The notes below the pieces were generated by a model that was not told the DNA's origin, ran no database searches, and saw only the letters and a list, made by a program, of their open reading frames with translations. A stretch of DNA of 31,017 bases from a virus. Lineage: Duplodnaviria; Caudoviricetes. This document shows positions 17,201-24,700 of the stretch, piece after piece (the first letter of the stretch is position 1; every line of letters begins with the position of its first letter). The stretch lies in IMG/VR virus record IMGVR_UViG_3300031519_000138, positions 1 to 31,017 of that record. One strand, 5' to 3'. The position numbers and the translations under genes were made by a program.

Positions 17201-18723
17201 ATGTAGTAGATGGAATCGTAGTAGACTCGGCAACGTCTACTAGGTCTTATAGCCCTACTCTCTCTATGTGGGATAATGAGATAGTTACGGAGGTTACAAA
17301 CGGTACTATCGCTTCCTCAACTCCTTCAGAGCTCCTTCCCGTTACCTATTATGACAATGTTGACGGGACCGGGCACCTTGCTGGCTTTAACACTGATGTT
17401 GCCAGCTCCCCTTGGGCATCCGCATTTGTACTTGAAGATACACATTCCACAACTGCTTATTACTCTAAGCAAGGTAGCGGTCCTACTGGTGGTTTTTCCG
17501 AGAGGAGAATGAATGCAGGTTGGAATCATGGAGAGTATCCTGAATTTCGCTCACGCCTAGGGTGGAGAAACACGTCGAGCTCGCTGTCTAGTGCACCAAT
17601 ACTTCATCTTAGTACTAGGTATAATTCTTCAGAAGCTACAACAGGTGATTTTAATTTAGAGACTAGTCTTATAAATCCCAATGGTGGGCGCATCGCGAAC
17701 GATTCGGTCTCAGCATATGCGCATCATTGGGGCTTGCTTGACCACAGAAATCAAGACGATGGTAATAATAGCTGGAAAATAGAAACCGCTTTCGGGTTAG
17801 TAAACGCTGCTAGCTACACTGATGGTGCTTCACCAGCTCAGGGAGTGTTAGAGGAAGCGGAGATACTTTATGGATTCAAAGTGATCCCTGGAAAACTTTT
17901 TGATAGTTTAATGTCAAATTATCCTAGTTCCGCCTCTATTAACCTGGGTTCCCAACTAAGAGAGGATAACGAGGTATATCTTGGGTCTTATACTTATCAA
18001 TCTGCAAATATTTCTGATATGATGAATGAAGGCCCACAATCTACCCCCATGACTATTCAGATAGTAGAATCTGGGAGTGTAGTATTCACTCAACCGGCAG
18101 GTGACCGGTACTATAGTGTAATATCCCTATTTGACCCAGAGCTAAACGCTAACAGACCCTTTGTTAATACGAGTACTGGCAACGTGAATCTCAGCGAGAT
18201 TGGCTCGGCCGAGGTAGTACTGGGTAACAGGGACATTATAAATGATAGGTATTGTCCCTTTAATATAGAAAGAGTTGGTACCACTGTTAAGTACTATCTT
18301 CGTGATAAACTAATATATACCTCTTTAGCGAGTAGCAGCGAGAATCTAATGCCGGCTGTATTTACCAGTTTTGCAGATGCGGTAAGTATTACCACGAGCC
18401 ATGCCCAAACTGAATCAGTTTGGGGTCATATGCATGGACAAGTATTTAAAAAGCCTCAAACGGATTTCTTTGTAAAGGTAGGAACTACTGGCTCTTCCAA
18501 CGGGGCTTTTAACTCCAACTTCTTATACTTGCAAACCTCTGTAAGAGAGGGTTTTAGTATTAAAATTGATGGTGTAGAAGCTACTGTAATGGGGCTCGAA
18601 GATAATGGGACGCTTAATGCAGGAGAAGTCTCCGTGTTCCCAAGACAAGGCCTAATTAGATGCTCTTCTGCTGATGCAGGAAAAACTGTAACCGTATCTA
18701 TACCCTGCGCTTATAGGAGTTAA
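14254..18723 (+). CDS. Large putative tail-associated receptor-binding/structural protein, copy 2
   Basis: 1489 aa with Asp-box STDNGATW (~16033-16056). Shares blocks with 8046..12518: NKTQ.YYGKV, TGGVGTAEYS, YDE.SDT.W..C.DTG.W, RYVWTGSIWRLRTSDADPLTLKSTHGTTDALIGGATISFDD and GLIRC..AD.GKTVTV.IPCAY. Confidence 0.65.
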   Translation: MKMKGFVKVTKKDANTGEELYESDWIENIIYDANFTASISALSLSLSNVTTGATLSAPTFNDPYQAYHQVSGSNRFTHYLYANDHYEAAPVSTVRSQPGKFWQFQKIQGTPFVVMEGNGQTTTPTLKFTQQLLPPVSGTRDIHTIGWTQSRPTYQVNTSASIRNRPKPRTAASFTPAITQSTTEILVVVYKIEYTFPTSSTTLSYDQMSALTWLMAGVPNPTPQQSLVYYKGTSSVNMNNSSSYANDTKYSPFKVPLASRRPNTTYVAGKPNTGGHPSLTYWGQLETNASFSGHGWDGIVFLNSAQVQTTDTNVGDFISSISVRGGGQYDACWVTRMIGSNTNKTQQYYGKVSGSTVPFFSAGEIPNTDATLTLDTAPYSTTLFPELWSIDLGGVTGGVGTAEYSLRKRYVTGYVNNTLVPRIQVLHHIQEANIQAVKTYSDWGDHTGDLATSGRALLKNSYNNIDNYGRWVVPGSPLKLYDMIEDNVHFYNLETGENSAVNILQYPAFTATNIGGHAYDEISDTLWLACQDTGLWKIASPYSASPTVSNLDLSSISDVAATVANNAYVVCLGLAVGGTHRTAWAIMNGALAKSTDNGATWVGYDSTSVAGVTFTQATIEGKWAAAMCIVADKNTDNKLLVLYETNPNSLLSALGSYDYGQISGVWWDNTSDTTQLMADSGAIPFYYPGSGGGTSARVGFGHSNTNPPSRTQLDNYTVPWFRRNYVNMIGCTRTQSHWYIAHLNTNQSNYLSGGTNRNAPVLLTHGTQIGAAGAGYTELLTGDTYTENWNSGLVPQWAFPKGLASAYGDSWVYYQQWDNLDQNYSYWQGHTEHVDDDGNDCIIKNGSDGGGTFTTPTNVYKFTFTTNRLDNMTINAWTSEARHQTQYIGKGLIITCASDKFYVFSLSDGTIEGVSAASKMAGDVWQRYVWTGSIWRLRTSDADPLTLKSTHGTTDALIGGATISFDDAGSTQSFVSGEAISAHVVDGIVVDSATSTRSYSPTLSMWDNEIVTEVTNGTIASSTPSELLPVTYYDNVDGTGHLAGFNTDVASSPWASAFVLEDTHSTTAYYSKQGSGPTGGFSERRMNAGWNHGEYPEFRSRLGWRNTSSSLSSAPILHLSTRYNSSEATTGDFNLETSLINPNGGRIANDSVSAYAHHWGLLDHRNQDDGNNSWKIETAFGLVNAASYTDGASPAQGVLEEAEILYGFKVIPGKLFDSLMSNYPSSASINLGSQLREDNEVYLGSYTYQSANISDMMNEGPQSTPMTIQIVESGSVVFTQPAGDRYYSVISLFDPELNANRPFVNTSTGNVNLSEIGSAEVVLGNRDIINDRYCPFNIERVGTTVKYYLRDKLIYTSLASSSENLMPAVFTSFADAVSITTSHAQTESVWGHMHGQVFKKPQTDFFVKVGTTGSSNGAFNSNFLYLQTSVREGFSIKIDGVEATVMGLEDNGTLNAGEVSVFPRQGLIRCSSADAGKTVTVSIPCAYRS
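17053..17153 (+). repeat. Near-identical 101-bp island shared with 10890-10990 (copy B)
   Basis: See copy A. The offset between copies is 6163 bp. Confidence 0.95.
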
Positions 18724-18724
18724 T

Positions 18725-19120
18725 ATGACTTTAGGAGTACACTTAGACACATCGCCCGTAACTTATGTTAACCCGGATAGAAACATATCTAGAAGGGCTA
18801 ACATAATGGCTAGGCAGACAAAAATACAAAACTACGAACAGCGTGGAAGAGCGGGACTTAATCCAATAAAAGAGATGTTTACTGTTAATTTTAAAAACAG
18901 ACTCAAAGAAACTATTGATAATTTAACTGCTTTTTTTCAAGTTAGAGAAGGTACTATCGCCTTCTCTTTTACTATACCTTCCTCAGGAGGGGGCGAAGAA
19001 ACTATTCAAGTAGTATGTGAGAGCTTTACTCAAACTTACTTTACAGAACAGTATGGGTACTCTTGTTCTGCGACTTTTAGAAAAGTAAACGTACCAACAT
19101 TTAATGGGGTGATACCATGA
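18725..19120 (+). CDS. Distal tail / minor tail protein, lambda gpM-like (stand-alone copy)
   Basis: 131 aa; PDRN...YEQR...GLN...FTVNFKNR...F.FTIP...CSATFRKV. SD AGGAG; immediately upstream of gpL with an ATGA overlap, the canonical M-L position. Confidence 0.85.
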   Translation: MTLGVHLDTSPVTYVNPDRNISRRANIMARQTKIQNYEQRGRAGLNPIKEMFTVNFKNRLKETIDNLTAFFQVREGTIAFSFTIPSSGGGEETIQVVCESFTQTYFTEQYGYSCSATFRKVNVPTFNGVIP

Positions 19121-20310
19121 CAGATATCGTAAAAACAGCACAACTACAAGATCCCGGATCTTCAGTAATAGTGCTGTATGAACTAGAGTACGCGGAGGGA
19201 GCTTTCGCATACTTCTATGCGGGCAAAGCAGAGTATGATGGTGCTAGCTTAGAAAACGTTAGATTCAGAGAATGGCGCTCAGAATACGTAATTGGAGCAG
19301 AAATAGAATACACAGCTATACCTGTGGAGGCGGACGGATTTGAGATGAAGTCAGACGGGGCTATATCTAGACCTACTTTGTCAATCGCTAATGTAGGTAC
19401 CGCCTTGTCAGATTCTATAGGGGGTTTGAGCGTACTAGACTTAGTAGGCGCTAAGCTTACTAGAAGAACTACTATGGAAAAATACCTAGTAGGAAACGCA
19501 TCAGATCTAGGACCCGGACTAGCTCCTGTAGAGTACCCTAGAACTGTATACTACATAGATAGGATAAAGTCTAAAAATATTCTCAGAGTAGAATTTGAGT
19601 TGGCAGCTCCTTATGATCTCCAAGGTATTAAGCTACCTAGAAGGGTAATAATTGGAGGGGCCTGTCCTTTCAAATATAAAGGGGCCACTGAAGACTTAGC
19701 AGAGAGTGATAGATCTGGGGGTTGTGACTGGAACGCGAGATTTTTAAAAGATGATTATGCCTCTAGGCTCTTCTTAAATGAGTTTGATGAATATATAGTT
19801 GCTATCGGGTACGGTGGAGGCTTTACTCCTTGGACAGCAACCTCGTCCACTAACGACCTGTACACTACTGTACAGGATCTAGATAGGTATAGTACTGACG
19901 GGCTCACAGTAACTACAGTCTCCAGTTTAAACTACTGGCAAGCTCTTACTAGTGGGAGTGTTCCTCCTTCTGATACAGCAAAAGCAGACTGGCGAAGAAT
20001 TCGTACTTGGGCCCCTTTTTCTGCGGGCACAACCTATTATGGGTATAAAAATAATAAATTTAGTGACTACATTCTGAAAGATGGGGTTCTATGGAGAATC
20101 AAACTATTTAGTGTGGACACTAGTGTGCTTACGGAAGTTAAAGAAGGAGCCTATTGGACTCTTGGAGACTCCTGCGGTAAGAAAATAAAGTCTTGTAGCT
20201 TACGCTATGGAGCTCAGGAAGTATCCAACTCTTCTATACCCGCGAAACTTATAGCATCAACTCAACACTTAAGATTCGGAGGTTTTCCTGGTGTACAACA
20301 AAAACGATAA
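19117..20310 (+). CDS. Minor tail protein L (lambda gpL-like, predicted Fe-S cluster)
   Basis: Motifs Y.AIPVEADGFE..SDG...RPTLSIAN, GAKLTRRTT..KYL, YYIDR...VEFELAAP.DL.G.KLPRR, four Cys (CPFKY, GGCDW, DSCGKKIKSC) and C-terminal FGGFPG. Confidence 0.93.
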   Translation: MTDIVKTAQLQDPGSSVIVLYELEYAEGAFAYFYAGKAEYDGASLENVRFREWRSEYVIGAEIEYTAIPVEADGFEMKSDGAISRPTLSIANVGTALSDSIGGLSVLDLVGAKLTRRTTMEKYLVGNASDLGPGLAPVEYPRTVYYIDRIKSKNILRVEFELAAPYDLQGIKLPRRVIIGGACPFKYKGATEDLAESDRSGGCDWNARFLKDDYASRLFLNEFDEYIVAIGYGGGFTPWTATSSTNDLYTTVQDLDRYSTDGLTVTTVSSLNYWQALTSGSVPPSDTAKADWRRIRTWAPFSAGTTYYGYKNNKFSDYILKDGVLWRIKLFSVDTSVLTEVKEGAYWTLGDSCGKKIKSCSLRYGAQEVSNSSIPAKLIASTQHLRFGGFPGVQQKR

Positions 20311-20995
20311 AGAAATTCTAGAATACTTAGTAAGTTGCTACCCAGAAGAAGGGTGTGGAATTATACTAAATAAGAAGGGTAAACTGAAATTTATACCCTG
20401 TAAAAATGAAGCGGAAGACCCTTTTAACTATTTTAAGATTCCTGCGGAAGAATATATAAAAGCTTCAATGCTAGGAGATATCCACGCAATAGTACATAGT
20501 CATCCTGATGACGAAGAAGGTCTTAGCGAGAAAGATATAGCAACAAGTAATTTTTTAGGGATAACTTATATTGCCTATTCAGTACCGGGGTTTACAAAGT
20601 TCGTCAATGTACCTAATAGAGAAGCTAAACCCCTATTAGGGAGAGACTATAATTTTGGAACAAATGATTGCTGGTCTTTAGTTAGAGACTACTATAAAGC
20701 TACTCTGGATACTGTGCTACCTTCGATAAATTTTGAAGATGATTGGTGGCTAAAAGGGTTAAACTATTTTGATGACCTCTATAATTCTTTTGGTTTTATA
20801 GAGGTAGAAGAATTAAAAACACACGATGTTATAATTTTTAGTGTACTCTCTAAGGTACCTAATCATTGTGGTGTATACTTAGGTGACGGTATTTTTATGC
20901 ACCACGCAGAAAATAGATTGTCGTGTAGAGAGTCATTGTATTCCGGATGGAATAAGAACATAACGAGGTATATGAGATGCAAAAAGTTCATTTAA
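20291..20995 (+). CDS. Tail assembly protein K (JAB/MPN + NlpC/P60 domains)
   Basis: GTG start with GGAGG at 20278-20282. JAB motif EEGCG...HSHPD...LS..D; NlpC/P60 motif GRDYNFGTNDCWSLVRDYY...NHCGVYLG...HH. Confidence 0.95.
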   Translation: MYNKNDKEILEYLVSCYPEEGCGIILNKKGKLKFIPCKNEAEDPFNYFKIPAEEYIKASMLGDIHAIVHSHPDDEEGLSEKDIATSNFLGITYIAYSVPGFTKFVNVPNREAKPLLGRDYNFGTNDCWSLVRDYYKATLDTVLPSINFEDDWWLKGLNYFDDLYNSFGFIEVEELKTHDVIIFSVLSKVPNHCGVYLGDGIFMHHAENRLSCRESLYSGWNKNITRYMRCKKFI

Positions 20996-21711
20996 TTGGT
21001 GACATAGCTAAGTTCGGAGCATACTGGGAAACAGACTGTGCTACTACTGCAGATATTTTTAAGCTAATAGCCTGTCAAACCCCTGGGTTTAGGAAGTACT
21101 TAATAGAGGGGAAAGATTCAGATATTGCGTATGAGATACGAAAAGGAAAAGACATACTTATTGATCCTAACGAATTATATCTTTCTACGGTAGAGGACGA
21201 AGATATTATTATAACAGAGGTACCAGATGGCGCTAAAGCTGGGCTAAAAATAGTACTGGGCATTATTCTTGTAGTAGCTGGCGTATTTGCCTTGGGTACA
21301 GGTTTCGCCTGGGCAGCGCCCTATCTGTTTGCAGCAGGCGCTTCGTTGATTGTAGGGGGCTTGGTCGAGCTACTAGCACCAGGACCAGAAACCGAAGACG
21401 CGGACGATCCCTCCTATTTATTCGGAGGACCGGTAAGCAACGTATCACAGGGTTTAGCAATACCTGTTCTTTATGGAGAGCTTATCATATCGGGGGGTAC
21501 AATATCTGCTTACTATTCTAATAGTCCTGTCAAAATTAGTGGTGGGGATGTAGAGGGAACCAATGCGGCAGGGGGGTCTAATTTTTCCCCAATTAACTAC
21601 AATGGGGGTGAGGGAAGCGGACCCGGTATAAATACACTGACCTCTTTCACTTTCGGACTAGCCGAGGAACCAATAGATCCTGACTATTACAAATTTACTC
21701 TAGATTATTAA
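20977..21711 (+). CDS. Tail assembly protein I (lambda gpI-like)
   Basis: N-terminal ubiquitin-like part (VHLIGDIAKFG), hydrophobic Gly/Ala stretch (IVLGIILVVAG...), and SYLFGGPVSNVSQGLAIPVLYGE. Lies between K and J; has a ~60-aa Gly-rich C-terminal extension. Confidence 0.9.
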   Translation: MQKVHLIGDIAKFGAYWETDCATTADIFKLIACQTPGFRKYLIEGKDSDIAYEIRKGKDILIDPNELYLSTVEDEDIIITEVPDGAKAGLKIVLGIILVVAGVFALGTGFAWAAPYLFAAGASLIVGGLVELLAPGPETEDADDPSYLFGGPVSNVSQGLAIPVLYGELIISGGTISAYYSNSPVKISGGDVEGTNAAGGSNFSPINYNGGEGSGPGINTLTSFTFGLAEEPIDPDYYKFTLDY

Positions 21712-21731
21712 CAGGTTTATAAGGAATATAA

Positions 21732-24700
21732 ATGACTATTATAGAAAAACAGTACGGCTACATAGTTGATCTACTATCTTGTGGAGAAATTGAAGGCTTA
21801 GTAGGAGGCTTGTCCGGAGTATATTTAAACGAAACTTCTTTACTTTCGGGCAATAAATATAATCAATTAAAGGGGTCTTCTGGAAAATGCAGCGTGTCTG
21901 GAACTGGCGTAACAGATGCTAATGGCTTATTTTCTGAAGTAAACTTCACCGACGGAGAAAGATATCTTCAGATTATTGGTGCCGGTCCCTCAGATACTAT
22001 AGCGGCCAACATGAAATCAGGCTCTAGCTATATAACCCTAGCTAGCGCGTCAACCTTAGAGGATAAGCATTTTTTGAACTTTACGGGAACTGAAGCAACT
22101 GATGCGTCGGACTGGGTAAAGCATCTTATTAGAATATCGGGCGCGGGTCTAAATGGAGCTGAATATTCTGGTATACTTGTAAGCCGTGTGGAGTCTCTTG
22201 GTACACAAGCTGTCATCTACCCGCCCATTTCTGCAGATATAAGTATAGGAGCAGCTGTTAAAATAGACGAAGTTATAAAACTAGACAGCTCGGTTCCTAC
22301 TACCCCTAATACGTGCACTCTAGTGGGCTCTGCTACTACCGCAATTGTACAGAGTCCCTGTAGATTATCAGCTGCTGTACAGTACGCGTCCTCTACGACA
22401 CCTAGTCTAGCATATGATAATACCTATGGATTTGTTAAGAATGGAAGTAGATACCAACTTCCTCTAAACGCTTTTAGCGGTAGAGGTAGGGGTGCGCCTT
22501 CTGCTTCTATTATTGTTGGAAATGGTACCGAGCTTTTACGCCATTCGTCTGCCGGCGGCAGCCAGGGTGATTCAGTTATACAAGGAGGCACCCTTAACTT
22601 CTCTCAATACTCCCTAGAGGAAATAGATGCCGTAGTAGTAGCTATTGAGTTCCCGGGAGGTCTCAGGCATAATGGTAGGGAAGGAGAGTCCAGAAATGTT
22701 TACGTGGAATTTCAGATAGTACTAGAGTATACTGCGGATACCGGAGGAGCTCCCGTTACAAAACAAGCTCTTATTTATGGAAAAGACTATGGCGGCGCTG
22801 AGTTTGACTCTGGAGTCCCTTCTTGGGCCTCTCCGTCTGGAAACCAAAGTACTTTAATTAATTTTGCTGCCAATTCCTATGGTTACAGTGGTGGAAGAAA
22901 CAGTTCCGGTGTTGTTACTAGGAAAGGTGCCAATAGTCCTTTTATAAAAGAGTTTGTAATAAACTTAGATAAGTATAAGCCTTTTACCAATTGGAGTATA
23001 ATAGTAAAAAGACTTAGCCCTGAAGCTTTGGGGGAATATTGTCCTACTGATAATACTTTTATTGCTTCAGCTAAAATCAAAAATGTGCAGGCGCTAATCT
23101 ACGATAAATTTTCCTACCCTTTGACCGCTTATGGTGCAGTAACTTTTTCAGCAGAAGATTTTCAAACTCCTCCTAAGCGAGCATACCATTTAAGAGGCAA
23201 GAAAATTGCTGTACCCTCTAACTATTTCCCACGAGATGAAGTAGCTAGTGTTACTGCACAATATACCCGGGTAAAAGGAACAGGCTTAGATGCTGCTACC
23301 TATCAAACATGGGATGGCTCTTTCAGAGGAGACGATACATTAAGTAGGGATGATATAAACTTTCGTAAAGTATACTGTAATAACCCAGCATGGGTATATT
23401 ACGATATTTTAACTAATAAAGACTATGGATTAGGAGATTTTATTAGCCCTAATGAGATAGATAAATATGCTCTATATCAAATAGCTAGATATTGCGATGA
23501 GGTAGTAGACAATGGGAAAGGAGGCCAGGAGCCTAGATTTTCTTGTAATGTCTACCTGCAAAAACAGACTGAAGCCTATAAGGTATTGAAGGATTTAGCT
23601 AGTGTTTTTAGAGGGATGACTTTTTGGATAGACGGACAAATTACTCCTGTACAGGACAGACCTAAAGAGCCTGTTTATACCTTTTCCTCCGCAAACGTAG
23701 AAGGAGGTGTATTTAATTATACCTACACAGGCAGTAAATCTAGAGTCAACCAAATCAACGTTAGTTGGAACAATCCTGAAGAGTTTTATAAAAGAACTAT
23801 CTTAACTGTTGAGGAAATCGGAGAAATTGCTAAAAGTGGAAAAATAGTCGCAAAAAACATTGTTGCCTTTGGGGCTACCTCAGAGTCCCAGGCTAGGAGA
23901 GTAGCTAAATGGCAAATGGCCACGCTGTTAAATGAGACAGAAATCGTTAGCTTTACTACTTCTATAAATGGGGCTTTCCTGCTGCCTGGGGACGTTATCA
24001 ATATACAGGATAAAGATGATATAGGAATCGAAGTAAGCGGCAGAACAGCGCCTAACTCTACTACTAATGTTATTAACTTGGATAGAAGTATAACCTACCC
24101 AGGAGGTGTTCCGGGGGACTGTCTTTTATACTTAGTTTATCCAGAACCCGGCATCTTTTTAGCACAAGAATCTGTTACGTTAAATGGACAGACATATACT
24201 AGAGGTGCCCTACTGTTGGAAGATAACGGGGGCAACCCTATTTCAAGTCTTGAAGATTCTATCAACTTATTAGATGGAGCAGGTAATGAAGTTATAACAA
24301 CTTACTCTAAGAATACTAGGGTTGAAGTAAAAGATATAAATGGGGGTTTAAGTGCCTCCAACCAAGTTACAGTAATTGGTGCTTTTAGTAGCGTACCTAA
24401 TATAGATGTTATCTGGGCTGTGGGACGAAAACAAGATACTACAACTCAAGAAATTAAAGAGTATAGAATTTTAGGGGTTCAAGAGGACGATAATGAGTAC
24501 TCTATATCCGCGTCTAACTATTATCCGCAAAAATTTGACGAAATAGATGTGGACCCACCTGTCTATACTACGGACTATATCCCTGTTTCTGGAAGATTAG
24601 ATGATGTTCCTTCTCCCACAAATATCTCTATGGAAATGTCTCCAGAAGCTAGAACTTCTTCTAGTGGTAATGCAACAGGGCAGAAAGTAACAATTTCTTG

